A stretch of 64,000 nucleotides of DNA, from positions 135,968,001 through 136,032,000 of the forward strand of contig CM059431.1 of the NCBI GenBank assembly GCA_030390025.1, in the 5' to 3' direction. The position numbers and the translations under genes are program-made. Under the pieces are notes generated by a model. That model worked only from the letters and a program-made list of their open reading frames with translations. It was not told the origin of the DNA and made no database searches. Of the stretch, positions 1-14,009 are shown in pieces (position 1 is the first letter of the stretch; each line of letters opens with the position of its first letter). The stretch is from Squalus acanthias (lineage: Eukaryota).

Positions 1-255
1 GGCCCGTGCCATTGTGTGTGTGTTCCATTGCTGACTGACATTACATGAGCTTCGCCAGCGCTCTGAGGTAGCGCCTCGCTCCTCGGCCTTTGCGCCTTAA
101 GACAGGTGTGAAGCGCCTGATTTAGCGCTCCAATCACCTCCAGTGTCGATAAAAGTCAAGTTTGCAGTCGGTGGCGATAATTAGTGCCAGGCGCTAATCT
201 TTGCGCCCGGGCCAATAATTGCACCCCAAATGGGGCAATACTGAATTTCTCCCCC
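1..255. mobile_element. Right end of a GC-rich Harbinger-like MITE, truncated by the window edge
   Basis: Ends in ccccaaatggggcaatactgaatttctccccc, closely matching the right terminus of the MITE at 16708-17480 (ccccaaatggggcgatactcaatttttccccc). Confidence 0.6.
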
Positions 256-256
256 T

Positions 257-3130
257 TTGTGTCTTAATTCGAGGAGCATTCGTAATAAGGTGGATGAATT
301 AGCTGCACAAATAGATGTAAACGGATATGATATAATTGGGATTACGGAGACATGGCTCCAGGGTGACCAAGGCTGCGAATTCAACATCCAGGGGTATTCA
401 ATATTCAGGAAGGACAGGCAAAAAGGAAAAGGAGGTGGGGTAGCATTGCTGGTTAAAGAGGAGTTTAACACAATAGTAAGGAAGGATATTAGCTCTGATG
501 ATGTGGGATCTGTATGGGTAGAGCTGAGAAATACCAAGGGGCAGAAAACGTTAGTGGGAGTTGTATACAGACCCCCAAACAGTAATGCTGAGGTTGGGGA
601 TGGCATTAAATGGGAAATTAGAGACACGTGCAATAAGGTTACAGCAGTTATCATGGGTTACTTTAATCTACATATAGATTGGGCTAACCAAATTAGTAAC
701 AATACTGTGGAGGAGGAATTCCTAGAGTGTATAAGGGATGGTGTCCTGACCAATATGTCGAGGAACCAACTAGAGATCATGCCATCTTAGACTGGGTATT
801 ATGTATTGAGAAAGGATTAATTAGCAATCTTGTTGTGCGAGGCCCCTTGGGGAGGAGCGATCATAATATGATAGAATTCTTCATTAAGATGGAGAGTGAA
901 GTAGTTGACTCAGAGACTAGGGTCCTGAATTTAAATAAAGGAAACTACGATGGTATGAGGCGCGAGTTGGCTAGGATGGATTGGGGAACGTTACTTAAAG
1001 GGTTGATGGTGGATAGGCAAAGGCAAACATTTAATGATCGCATGGATGAACTACAGAATTTGTTCATCCCTGTTTGGCATAAAAATAAAACAAAAAAGGA
1101 GACTCAACCGTGGCTAACAAGGGAAATTAAGGATAGCATAAGATCCAAGGAGAAGGCATATAAATTGGCCAGAAAAAGCAGCAAACCTGAGGCTTGGGAG
1201 CAGTTTAGGATTCAGCAAAGGAAGACAAAGGGATTAATTAAGAGTGGGAAAATAGAGTATGAGAGTAAGCTTTCAGGGAACATAAAAACTGACTGTAAAA
1301 GCTTCTATAGATATGTGAAGAGAAAAAGATTGGTGAAGTCAAGCGTAGGTCCCTTGCAGTCAGAATCAGGGGAATTTATAATGGGGAACAAAGAAATGGC
1401 AGACCAATAAAATACATATTTTGGTTCTGTCTTCACAAAGGAGGACACAAGTAACCTCCCAGAAATGTCAGGGAAAATAGGGTCTAATGAGAGGGAGGAA
1501 CTGAATGAAATCAGTATTTGAAGGGTAATGGTGTTAGGGAAATTGATGGGATTGAAGGCCGATAAATCCCCAGGGCCTGATAATCTACATCCTAGGGTAC
1601 TTAAGGAAGTGGCCCTAGAAATAGTAGATGCATTGCTGGTTATCTTCCAAAATTCTACAGTCTCTGGAACAGTTCCCATGGATTGAAGGGTAGTTAATGA
1701 AACCCCACTATTTTAAAAAGGTGGTCGAGAGAAAACGGGGAATTATAGACCGGTAAGCCTGACATCGGTACTGGGTAAAATGCTAGAGTCCATTATAAAA
1801 GATGTAATAGCAGAGCACTTGGAAAACAGTGACAAGATCGGAGAAAGTCAACATGGATTTACAAAAGGTAAATCATGCCTGACTAATCTACTGGAATTTT
1901 TGGAGGATGTAACTGGCAGAATAGCTAAGGGAGAACCAGTGGTATATTTGGACTTTCAGAAGGACTTCGATAAGGTCCCGCATAAGAGATTAGCATGCAA
2001 AGTTAAAGCACATGGGATTGGGGGTTAGGTACTGACTTGGATAAAGAACTGGTTGGCAGATAGGAAGCAAAGAGTTGGAATAAACGGGTCTTTTTCTGAG
2101 TGGTAGGCAGTGACTAGTGGGGTACCGCAGGGATCGGTGCTAGGACCCCAGCTATTCACAATATATATTAATGATCTAGACGAGGGAACTAGATGTAATA
2201 TCTCCAAGTTTGCAGACGACACAAAGCTAGGTGGGCGTGTGTGCTGTGAGGAGGATGCAGAGAAACTCCAGTATGATTTGGACAGGTTGGGTGATTGGGC
2301 AGATGCATGGCAGATGCAGTATAATGTGGATAAATATGAGGTTATCCACTTTGGTGGCAAAAACAGGAAGGCAGATTATTATCTGAACGGCAATAGATTG
2401 GGAAAAGGGGAAGTGCAACGAGACCTGGGTGTCCTTGTGCACCAGTCGCTGAAGGTAAGCATGCAGGTGCAGCAAGCAGTTAAGAAGGCAAATGGTATGT
2501 TGGCCTTTATAGCGAGAGGATTCGAGTACAGGAGCAAGGATGTCTTGCTGCAGTTGTACAGGGCCTTGGTGAGACCACACCTTGAGTATTGTGTGCAGTT
2601 TTGGTCACCTTATCTGAGGAAGGATGTTCTTGCCATGGAGGGAATGCAATGAAGATTCACCAGACTGATACCTGGGATGGCCGGAATGACGTACGAAGAG
2701 AGATTGGGTCGATTAGGCTTATATTCGCTAGAGTTTAGAAGAATGAGAGGGGATCTCATTGAAACTTATAAAATTCTAACAGGACTAGACAGACTAGATG
2801 CAGGAAGGATGTTCCCGATGGCGGGGGAGTCCAGAACCAGGGGTCACAGTCTAAGCCATTTAGGACTGAGATGAGGAGGAATTTCTTCACCCAGAGAGTG
2901 GTGAACCTGTGGAATTCTCTACCGCAGAAGGCAGTTGAGGCCAATTTATTAAATATATTCAAGAAGGAGTTAGATATATTTCTTAAGGCTGAAGGGATCA
3001 AGGGATATGGGGAGAAAGCAGGGACAGGGTACTGAATTTGGATGATCAGCCATGATCTCATTAAATGGCGGAACAGGCTCGAGGGGCCGAATGGCCTACT
3101 CCTACTCCTATCTTCTATGTTTCTATGTTT
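257..3130 (+). mobile_element. CR1 LINE, 5'-truncated, ORF2 (APE endonuclease + RT) broken by stops and frameshifts
   Basis: ORF pieces with LNSRS, ITETW, GGGVALL, YRPP, QHGF, GVPQGSVLGP, FADD, RPHLEYCVQFW; 3' tail (TTCTATGT)n at ~3112-3130. Confidence 0.93.
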
Positions 3131-4088
3131 TTTGTTGCATCTTCTTATCTATCTCCCTTGTCATCCAAGGAGCCCTTGCTTTGATTCCCTTACCCTTCCC
3201 TCTTGTTGGAATGTACCTAGCCTGTACTTGGAACATCTCCTCCTTAAAGATCACCCATTGTTCCGTTACAGTATTTCCTGTCAGTCTTTGTTTCCATTTT
3301 AGCCTGGCTAGATCCTTTCACATCCCATTCAAGTTAGCCCTATTCCAGTTTAGAAGTTCCACGCTAGATTGTTCCTTGCTCCTCTCCATTGCTACTCTAA
3401 ATCTTATGATACAATGATCACTCGTACCAAAGTGTTCTCCCACAGACACTTGGTAGACTTGGCCCACCTCATTCCCCAGCACCAGTTCCAGACATGCCTC
3501 CATCCTAGTTGGGCCAAGAACATACTGGCCAAGGAAATTCTTTTGAACACATTTCAGAAATTCCTCCCCCACATTTCCTTTTACCCTAGCATTATCCCAA
3601 TCGATATTTGGGTAATTAAAGTCCCCCAATATCACCACTCTATAGCTCTTGCATATCTCCGCGATTTCCCTGCAGATTTGCTCCTCTACCTCCCTCTCAC
3701 TATTTGGAGGCCTATAGAATACCCCCAATAGCGTGATCATACCCTTTTTGCTCCTCAACTCTAACCAAATGGATTCTGTCCTTGTCCCCTCAAGAATATC
3801 CTCCCTTTCCAACACTACAATGTCTTCCTTAATCAGCACTGCCACCCCACCTCCATTTTTTGCTTCCCTATCTTTTCTGAACACCTTGTACCCTTGAATA
3901 TTAAGTGCCCAGTCCTCACCGTTTTTAAGCCACGTTTCCGTTATTGCCACAACATCATATTGCCACACAGCTAATTGTGCTTGTAGCTCACCAACCTTAT
4001 TCACCACACTTTGTGCGTTTACGTACATGCATTCTAAACACATTTTTTAATTTTTCGTTGTCGTTCTTAGTCTGCTCCTATATAATAT

Positions 4089-4306
4089 GAGAAGTCGCAC
4101 AACACCAGGTTATAGTCCAACAGATTTATTTAAAATTACAAGCTTTCGGAGCTGTTGCCCCTTCGTCAGGTAGAGTTACAAAGTGACGAAGGGGCAACAG
4201 CTCGAAAGCTTGTAATTTTAAATAAATCTGTTGGACTATAACCTGGTGTTGTGCGACTTCTCATTTTTGTCCACTCCAGTCCAACACCGGCATCTCCGCA
4301 TCATGA
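4089..4306. mobile_element. Non-autonomous Penelope-derived mini-element made of two inverted pLTR ends
   Basis: ~80-bp inverted arms (~4087-4168 / 4184-4264) homologous to the ends of the Penelope element at 28501-31655; 12-bp TSD cctatataatat (4077-4088) / cctatctaatat (4307-4318). Confidence 0.85.
4137..4172 (-). ncRNA. Minimal type I hammerhead ribozyme motif
   Basis: Minus strand reads tac-CTGACGA-a-ggggc aaca gctcc-GAAA-gctt-gta (stem I tac/gta, stem II, palindromic AGCT helix III). Confidence 0.65.
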
Positions 4307-5397
4307 CCTATCTAATATGGTACTGCTTCCGCCTCTAGTACTACTTTCTTCTCTGGTACTATCCAACACACTCACTCTTTGATGCACCTTATTCCTTTTT
4401 TCTACTCCTATATGCTGGTGCCCATTCCCCTGCCAAGCTAGTTTAAACCCTCCCCAACAGCACCAGCAAACCTCCCTGCGAGAATATTGGTCCCGGCTCT
4501 GTTGAGGTGTAACCCGTCCTGCTTGTACAGGTCCCACCTTCCCCAGAAACGATCCCAATGCCTCAGGAATCTAAATCCCTCCCTCCTGCACCATCTCTCT
4601 AGCCATGCAGTCATCTGTTCTATCCTCCTATTCCTGTACTCACTAGCATGTGGTAACGGGAATAATCCAGAGATTACTACCTTTGAGGTCCTGCTTTTTC
4701 ATCTCTTTTCTAGCTCCCTATAGTCTGCCTGCAGGACCTCATCCCTCTTGCTGCCTATGTTGTTGGTACCGATATGGACAACGACCTCTGACTGTTCACC
4801 CTGCCCCCTCAGAGTGTCCTGCAGTTGCTCAGTGCCATTCTTGACCCTGGCACCAGGGAGGCAACATACCATCCTGGAGTCACGCCTGCGTCCACAGAAA
4901 CGCCTATCTGTTCCCCCAACTAATGAATCCCCTATCACTATTGCTCTTCCACTCTTCTTCCTCCCCCCCCTGTGCAGCATGGTGCCGTGGCCTTGGCTCT
5001 GGCTGCTCTCCCCAGAGGAACCATCACCCCCACCAGTTTCCAGAACTGTGAACCAGGTTAGCGAGCAAGATGCACTCTGGGGATTCCTGCCCTACCTGCC
5101 TCGTCCTCCTTCTCTGTCTGGTGGTTACCCATTCTCTCTCTGCCTGTACATTCTCAGGCTGCGAGATAACCACTTCTAGAAACGTGCTTTCCAAGTAGTT
5201 CTCAGCCTTGCGGATGCACTGTAGTGACTCCAGCTGCCGCTCACGCTCCGAAACCCAGAGCTCGAGTTGCTGCAGTTGGCGACTATATGATTCTACTCAA
5301 TTAATTCTTTTGCCATGTCCTCTGCCTCTACATGAAGATTTCCCTTTGGGTCCTTAATAGGACCAACTTTTTCCCTAGCTAATCTCTACACTTTATT

Positions 5398-7012
5398 GCC
5401 TCGAAATTCAATATCGCCGAAAATAGGCATTGAGATCATGATGCAACAGCAACCCGCAACTTCAGGGAGCACGTAAAATTCATACTGCTTGTTACTTTAC
5501 ATGATTGCAGTGTTCAGCCGAGCGTTGTTGCATGGCTGAATTCTCAGTGGGTAGCCCAAGTTTGTGCGAGGCTAGCTCCAATTAAAGCTAGCCTGCACTA
5601 CTTAAAGGCAGTCTGCACCTCATAAAGGGCAGGTGCCTTCTGCCTGCAACAGGTACTGCAACTGTTTGTGAAGGTAAGTTTTCTAAACAAAAAGACTGAG
5701 TATTTACTCAACAGGCCAGAGAAAGGGCTCCAAGGATATCGGATGCAGCACTGGAGGCCTTGGTCCAAGAGTTCAATTCCAGGAGAGAGGTCCTCTTTCC
5801 ACAGGGTCCAGGAGGCCCTCCAGGCAACAGGCAAGACTGCAGTGGGAGCAGATAGTCCATGTGGTCAATGCCAGCAGTATAGCCACGAGGACCTGGACTC
5901 AGTACAGGAAGAAGTTTAATGACCTCACATGAGTGGTCAAGGTCAGTGAATTCACCTTCAAATGCCATATCCCACCAACTGCACCACTAGCCTAAGCCAT
6001 TGCTCAATTCACCACACCCCCATCACTCACCTACCAACAATCTCTATCAATCATGACTCATACCTCAAATTCATAGCTTCACCTCACCCTCAAACACTGC
6101 TACAAGCCTCACACCCACATCTCACAGATTGTACACACTGCCAGCTATTCAACCATGACAGGCACATCACACAAACAAATTGCACCGCACTCACTGACAC
6201 ACTTCGCTCTCTCTTGCAGGACAAGTTGTCGCATAACTGAAGGCAGCAGGAGTTAACTGGAGGGGAAGAGGCATGACTGCATGTCCTTATACTGATGGAG
6301 GAGACGGTGGTCACCATCATTGGAGCGGTTATCACTGAGGCCAGTGGTGGGGCTGAAACCATCAAAGATGACAATATCTAATCCTCATTCTCACATTGCA
6401 CTTCCCCTTCATCCAACAATTTCTTCTGAGTTACAAGCTGCAGATGGTGTAAGCATGCATCTCTTGCTTTTCCCCCCTCCTCTCACCAAAACCCTACCCT
6501 TGTGCCTTTCTCCTTTCAGATACCCAAGAACTGCAACTTGGCTAGGCAGTAGTGGAAGAGAAAGTGGTGGAAGAGCAGAAAGACCGTGATGAAGAAGAAA
6601 CACCATCATTCGATTTCACACTCGCAGCCACCATCTCAGATATTGACACTGTGCGTAATTTAGAGGACAGCTTAGAGGCAGTATCGGCACGCGGTGAAAC
6701 ACCGGGCATGAGTGGTCTGCAGCTAGGGCAAGGGACAAGGGTAGCCCAGGTGCCAGCTTGCCGGAGGATGAGGTCACACAAGAGTGCTGCTGTAGAGGAC
6801 TCAGATTAGCACTTTGATGGTGCGGGCTAGAGAAGAAAGCTAATAGGTATGCACAATGAAATGTTTGGTGCATTGGCAGGCCTGCCAGAAAGCCTGTGTG
6901 CAATGTCAAGGAGCATGGAGGGGTCCAGCACCAACATGGCACAGAGCTTTGCGCACAGCTTGAAGCCCATCCTTTCCAGCATGGAAGTGGTGGCCAACTC
7001 CATTAGCACACT
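5398..7012 (+). mobile_element. PIF/Harbinger DNA transposon relic with an intron-containing Myb/SANT-like accessory gene (pseudogenised)
   Basis: Manual translation QARERAPRISDAALEALVQE...WEQIVHVVNASSIATRTWTQYRKKFNDLT*VVK (~5711-5941), then donor GTCAGT; acceptor ttgcag before DKLSHN*RQQELTGG (~6220); later MFGALAGLPESLCAMSRSMEGSS, homologous to 23336-23536. Confidence 0.75.
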
Positions 7013-7888
7013 TATAAGAACGTAAGAAATAGAAGCAGGAGTAGGCCATTCGGGCCCTCGAGCCTGCTCCGCCATTTAATAAGATCATGACTGATCTTCT
7101 ACCTCAACTCCACTTTCCTGCACTATCCCCATATCCCTTGATTCCCTTAATATCCAAAAATCTATCAATCTCTGTCTTGAATATACTCAACGACTGAGCC
7201 TCCACAGCCCTCTGGGGTAGAGAATTCCAAAGATTCACCACCCTCTGAGTGAAGAAATTTCTCATCTCAGTCCTAAATGGCCGACCCCTTATTCTGAGAC
7301 TGTGACCCCTGACTCCAGAGTCCCCAGCCAGGGGAAACATCCTCCCTGCATCTACCCTGTCAAACCCTGTAAGAATTTTGTATGTTTCAATGAGATCACC
7401 TCTCATTCTTCTAAACTCCAGAGATTATAGGCCTAGTCTACTCAATCTGTCCTCATAGGACAGTCCCCCCATCCCAGGAATCAGTCTGGTGAACCTTTGT
7501 TGCACTATCTCTATGGCAAGTATATCCTTCCTTAGGTAAGGAGACCAAAACAGTACACAATACTCCAGGTGTGGTCTCACCAGGGCCCTATATAATTGCA
7601 TTAAGACGTCTTTACTCTTATACTTAAATCCACTTGTAATAAAGGCGAACATACCATTTGCTTTCTTAATTGCTTGGTGTGCTGCACATTAACGTTCAGT
7701 GATTCGTGTACAAGGACACCCAGGTCCCTCTGAACACCAACATTTCCCAATCTCTCATCATTTAAAAAATACTCTGCTTTTCTATTTTTCCTACCAAAGT
7801 GGGTAACTTCACATTTCTCCACATTATATTCCATCTGCCACGTTCTTGCCCACTCGCTTAGCCTGTCTATATTCCTTTGGAGCCTATT
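7013..7888 (-). mobile_element. CR1 LINE 3' part (element A); its upstream continuation lies inverted at 9699-9982
   Basis: ORFs 7601-7834, 7425-7652 and 7104-7406 (RPHLEYCV, RGDLIE, FFTQRVV); CR1 3' UTR and tail at ~7014-7100. Confidence 0.9.
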
Positions 7889-9698
7889 AGAGTCATAGAG
7901 TTATACAGCACAGAAAGAGGCCCTTCGGCCCATCGTGTCCGCGCCGGCCATCAAGCCCTGTCTATTTTAATCCCATTTTCCAGCACTTCGGTCCGTAGCC
8001 TTGTATGCTATGGCATTTCAAGTGCTCATCTAAATGCTTCTTGAATGTTGTGAGGGTTCCTGCCTCTACCACCCTTTCAGGACAGTGAGTTCCAGATTCC
8101 AACCACCCTCTGGGTGAAACAGTTTTTCCTCAAATCCCCTCTAAACCTCCTGCCCCTTACCTTGAAACTATGCCCCCTGGACATTGACCCCTCTACTAAG
8201 GGGAAAAGTTCCTTTCTATCTACCCTATCTATACCCCTCATAATTTTGTACACCTCAATCAGGTCTCCCCTAAGCCTTCTCTGCTCTAAGGAAAACAACC
8301 CCAGCCTGTCCAGTCTCTCTTCATAGCTGAAGGGCTCCAGCCCAGGTAACATCCTGGTGAATCTCCTCTGCACCCTCTCCAATGCAATCACATCCTTCCT
8401 ATAGTGTGGCGACAAGAACTGCACACAGTATTCCAGCTGTGGTCTAACTAGCGTTTTGTACAGCTCCATCATAACCTCCCTGCTCTTATATTCTATACCT
8501 CGGCTAATGAAGGCAAGTATCCCATATGCCTTTTTAACCACCTTATCTACCTGTCCTGCTGCCTTCAGGGATCTATGTACATGTACACCAAGGTCCCCCT
8601 GATCCTCTGTCCTCCCTAGGATCCTACCATTCATTGTGTATTCCCTTGCCTTGTAAGTCCTCCCAAAATGCATCACCTCACACTTTTCAGGGTTAAATTC
8701 CATTTGCCACTGTTCTGTCCATCTGACCAACCCATCTATATCGTCCTGTAGCCTGAGGCTTCCCTCCTCGCTATTTACCACTCCACCAATTTTCGTGTCA
8801 TCTGCATACTTACTAATCATACCTCCTACATTCATATCTAAATCATTAATGTACACTACAAACAGCAAAGGACCCAGCACCGATCCCTGCGGTACACCAC
8901 TGGACACAGGCTTCCAGTCACAAAAACAACCTTCGACCATCACCCTCTGCCTCCTGCCACTAAGCCAATTTTGGATCCAATGTGCCAAATTGTCCTGGAT
9001 CCCATGGGCTTTTACCTTCTTGACCAGTCTCCCATGCGGGACTTTGTCAAAAGCCTTACTGAAGTCCATGTAGATTACATCAACTGCACTACCCTCATCC
9101 ACACACCTAGTCACCCCCTCGAAAAATTCAATCAAATTGGTCAGACATGATCTCCCCCTGACAAAGCCATGCTGACTATCCTTGATTAATCCTTGCCTCT
9201 CCAAGTGGAAACTAATTCTGTCCCTCAGAATGTTTTCCAATAATTTCCCTACCACTGATGTTAGGCTCACTGGCCTGTAATTCCCTGGTTTATCCCTATT
9301 ACCCTTCTTGAATAATGGTACTACGTTAGTTGTCCTCCACTCCTCTGGCACCTCCCCTGTGGCCAGAGGTGTGCTGAAAATTTGTGTCAGAGCCCCTGCA
9401 ATCTCCTCCTTGCCTCACACAGCAGCCTGGGATACATCTCGTCTGGGCCTGGGGATTTATCCACTTTTAAGCCCGCTAAAACCGCTAGTACCTCCTCCCT
9501 CTCAATACTAATTTGTTCAAGTATATCACAATCCCCCTACCTGATTTCTATGCATACATCGTCCTTCTCCATAGTGAACACAGATGCAAAATATTCATTT
9601 AAAACCTCACCCACATCTTCTGGCTCTACACACAGATTGCCACTTTGGTCCCTAATGGGCCCTACTCTTTCCCTGGTTATCCTCTTGCCCTTAATATA
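7889..9698 (-). mobile_element. CR1 LINE 3' half (family B), RT domain
   Basis: ORF 8077-9351 with full RT motifs (QHGF, DFSKAFD, PQGSVLGP, YADD); near-identical inverted partner of 14137-15893 plus 16670-16707. Confidence 0.93.
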
Positions 9699-9982
9699 CA
9701 AGAGGTTATTAAACAGAATTAGGGCTAATGGGATTGGGAGTAATACATTAGCATGGATTGAGGATTGGTTAACGGACAGAAAACAGAGAGTAGGAATAAA
9801 CGGGTCATTTTTGGGTTGGCAGGCTGTAACTAGTAGGGTACCACAAAGTTCAGTGCTTGGGCCTCAGCTATTTACAATCTATATCAATGTCTTAGCTGAG
9901 GGGACTGAGTGTAATGTATCCAAGTTTGCTGACGATACAAAGCTCGGTGGGAAAGTAAGCTGTGAGGAGGATGCAAATAGGC
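9699..9982 (+). mobile_element. CR1 RT fragment, the displaced upstream part of element A
   Basis: Encodes WIEDWLTDRKQRV...FADDTKLGGKVSCEEDANR, which reads directly on into the minus-strand NRLQRNIDRLSEW at 7888. Confidence 0.85.
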
Positions 9983-11450
9983 ATTCTGAAGGGGGAGGGC
10001 GAACAGTCAGAGGTCGTGGTTCACATTGGTACCAACGACATGGGTAGAAAGAGGGATGAGGTCCTGCAACAAGAATTTAGGGAGTTAGGTAGCAGATTAA
10101 AAAGCAGGACCTCAAAGGTTGTAATCTCTGGATTACTCCCGGTGCCACGTGCCAGTGAGTATAGGAATAGAAGGATAGAGCAGATGAATGCGTGGCTAAA
10201 GAGTTGGTGCAGGAGGGAGGGCTTCAGTTTCCTGGATCACTGGGTCTGCTTCTGGGGAAGGTGGGACCTGTACAAGTCGGACGGGTTGCACCTGAACCGG
10301 AACAGGACCAACATCCTTGCGGGGAGGTTTGCTAGTACTGTTGGGGGGGGGGGGGGGGGGGGGGGGGGTTTAAACTAACTTGGCAGGGGGATGGGATACG
10401 GAGTGGAGCTATCGTAGGAGGTGATGCACAGCCAAATATAGAGGAAAAAACAAGTCAGCCTGGAAGGCAGAGCAAATATGTAATGGCACAAAGGAGTATG
10501 ACAAGGCTGGATGGCATTTATTTTAATGCAAGGAGTCTTGCGAGTAAGGCAGATGAATTGAAGGTGTTGATGAACACATGGGAGTATGATATTGTTGCTA
10601 TCACAGAGACATGGTTGAGGGAGGGGCAGGACTGGCAGCTCAATATTCCGGGGTATAGAATCTTCAGGCGAGACAGAGGGGGGTGTAAAAGAGGAGGGGG
10701 TGTCGCAATATTAATCAAGGAGTCAATTACTGCTGTAAGGAGGGATGATATCTTAGCAGGTTCCTCTAATGAGGCCATATGGGTAGAACTTAAAATCAAA
10801 AAGGGGGCAAGCACTTTGCTGGGAGTGTACTATAGGCCCCCAAACAGTCAGAGGGAGATAGAGGAACAGATATGTAGGCAAATCTCAGAGAAGTGTAGAA
10901 ATAATAGGGTAATAATAGTAGGGGATTTCAACTTCCCAATATTAACTGGGATAGTCAGAGTGTGAAAGGATCAGAGAGTGCAGAATTCTTAAAGTGCATC
11001 CAGGAGAGCTTTTTGAGCCAGCATGTAGAAAGTCCTACAAGAGAGGGGGCAGGTACTGGACCTAATTCTAGGGAATGTAGCCAGGCAAGTGGTAGAAGTG
11101 TTAGTAGGAGAGCATTTTGGTGAGAGTGACCATAATTCGGTGAGATTTAAGGTAGATATGGAAAAGGACAAAAATGGACCGGAAATAAAGGTTCTAAATT
11201 GGGGGAAGGCCGATTTTAATATGATAAGGCAGGATCTGGCCAAAGTGGACTGGGATCAGCTACTTGTAGGAAAATTCAAATCAAAGTAGTGGGAGTCTTT
11301 CAGAAAGGAAATGGAGAGAGTACAACGCCAACATGTTCCCGTAAAGGTCAAGGGTGGGACCAACAAGCCCAGGTAACCCTGGATGTCAAGGGATATATGA
11401 GAATGGATTAGGAAAAAAGGGAGGCTTTTGGCAGATACAAAGGACTAAAA

Positions 11451-14009
11451 ACATAGACTAAACATGGAAGATAGCAGCAGGAGTAGGCCATTCGGCCCCT
11501 CGAGCCATTCGATGAGATCATGGCTGATCATCCAAACTCAGTACCTGCCTTCTCCCCATATCCCTTGATACCTTTAGCTTTAAGAAATATATCTAACTCA
11601 TTCTTGAATATATTCAATGACTTGGCCTCAACTACCTTCTGTGGTAGAGAATTCCACAGGCTCACCACTCTCTGGGTGAAGAAATTCTTCCTCATTTCTG
11701 TCCTAAATGGCTTACCCCTTATCCTTAGATTATGACCCCTGGTTCTGGACTCTCCGACCATCGGGAACATTCTTCCTGCATCTAGTTTGTCCAGACCTGT
11801 CAGAATTTTATATGTTTTGATGAGATCCCCTCGCATTCTTCTATACTCCAGCGAGTATAAGCCCAATCGACCCAATCTCTCCTCATATGTCATTCCTGCC
11901 ATCCCAGGTATCAGCCTTGTGAATCTTCGCTGAACTCCTTCCATGGCAAGAACATCCTTCCTCAGATAAGGCGACCAAAACTGCACACAGTACTCAAGGT
12001 GTGGTCTCACCAAGGCCCTGTACAACTGCGGCAGGACATCCCTGTTCCTATACTCAAACCCTTTCACTCTGAAGGCCAACATACCATTTCCCTTCTTCAC
12101 CGCCTGCTGCACCTGCATGCTTACCTTCAGCGACTGGTGCACAAGGACACCCAGGTCTCGTTGCACTTCCCCTTCTCCCAATCTATTGCCATTCAGATAA
12201 TAGTCTGCTTTTCTGTTTTTGACACCAAAGTGGATAACCTCACATTTATCCATGTTATATTGCATCTGCCACGCTTCTGCCCACTCACCCAACCTGTCCA
12301 AATCATCCTGGAGTTTCTCGGTATCCTTCTCACAGCACACACGCCCACCCAGCTTTGTGTCATCTGCAAACTTGGAGATATTATATTTAGTTCCCTTATC
12401 TAGATCATTAATGTATATTGTGAATAGCTGGGGTCCAAGGGCCGATCCCTGCGGTACCCCACTAGTCACTGCCTGCCACTCGGAAAAAGACCCATTAATT
12501 CCTACTCTCTGCTTTCTGTCCGCCAACCAGTTCTCTATCCAAGTCAATACCTTGCCCCCAATCTCTTATGCGGGACCTTATCGAAAGCCTTTTGAAAGTC
12601 CAAATACACCACATCTACTGGATCTCCCTTATCTATTTTCCCAGTTACATCCTCAAAAAATTCCAGTAGATTAGTCAAGCACGATTTACCTTTTCTAAAT
12701 CCATGTTGACTTTGTCCGATCCTGTCATTGTTTTTCAAGTGCTCAGCTATTACATCCTTTATAATGGACTCTGGCATTTTCCCCACTACCAATGTCAGGC
12801 TGTAATTCCCCGCTTTCTCTCTACCACCTTTTTTGAATAGTGGGGTAACATTAACTATACTCCAATCCATGGGTACAGTTCCAGATTCCATCGAATGATG
12901 GAAGATGATGAGCAATGCATCTACTATTTTAGGGCCACTTCCTTAAGAACCCTAGGATGTAGATTATCAGGCCCTGGGGATTTATTGACCTTCAATCCTG
13001 TCAATTTCCCTAACACCATTTCCCTGCAAATACTGATTTCTTTCAGTTCCTCCCTTTCATCAGAACTTATGTTCTCCAACATCTCTGGGAGGTTATTTGT
13101 GTCCTCCTTTGTGAAGACAGAACCAAAATATGCATTTAATTGATCTGCCATTTCTTTGTTCCCCATTATAACTTGCCCCGCTTCTGACTGCAAGGGACCT
13201 ACACTTGATTTCACTAATCTTTTTCTCTTCACATATCTATAAAAGCTCTTACAGTCAGTTTTTATGTTCCCAGCAAGCTTACTTTCATATTCTATTTTCC
13301 CCTTCTTAATTAATCCCTTTGTCCTCCTTTGTTGAATCCTAAACTGCTCCCAATCCTCAGGGTTACCGCTTTTTCTTGCCAATTTATATGCCCTCTCCTT
13401 GGATCTTATACTATCCCTAATTTCCCTTGTTAGCCACGGTTGAGTCACCCTTTTTGTTTTATTCTTATGCCACACTGGGATGAACAAATTCTGTAGTTCA
13501 TCCATGCAGTCTTTGAATGTTTGCCATTGCCTATCCACCGTCAACCCTTTGAGTGACATTCCCCAATCAATCCTACCCAATTCGCGCCTCATACCATCGT
13601 AGTTTCCTTTATTTAAATTCAGGACCCTAGTCTCTGATTCAACTACTTCACTCTCCATCCTAATGAAGAATTCTATCATATTATGATCACTCTGACCCAA
13701 GGGGCCTCGTACAACAAGATTACTCATTAATCCTTTCTCGTTACATAATACCCAGTCTAAGATGGCCTGATCTCTGGTTGGTTCCTCGACATATTGTTCC
13801 AGAAAACCATCCCGTAAACATTCTAGGAATTCCTCCTCCACAGTATTTTTACTAATTTGGTTAGTCCAATCTATATGTAAATTAAAGTCACCCATGAAGA
13901 TTGCTGTGCCCTTACTGCATGCTTCTCTAATTTCCCTTTTAATGCAGTCCCCAACCTCCATATTACTGTTTGGAGGTCTATATACCACTCCCACTAACAT
14001 TTTCTACCC
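11451..14009 (-). mobile_element. CR1 LINE (5'-truncated in the endonuclease) nested in family-B CR1
   Basis: ORFs 12924-14000, 12544-12915 and 11528-12547 with EN and RT motifs; small internal deletions; same subfamily as 37025-37675. Confidence 0.92.

Larger units (their letters stand above)
3131..5285 (-). mobile_element. CR1 LINE 5' portion: ORF1 SGNH/GDSL-esterase-like domain and ORF2 endonuclease, degraded
   Basis: ORF 4699-4980 (IVIGDS...CCLPGARV...VVVHIGTN) and ORF 3318-4043 (YVNAQS, ITETW, GDFN, SDH); interrupted by the 4089-4306 insertion. Confidence 0.88.
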
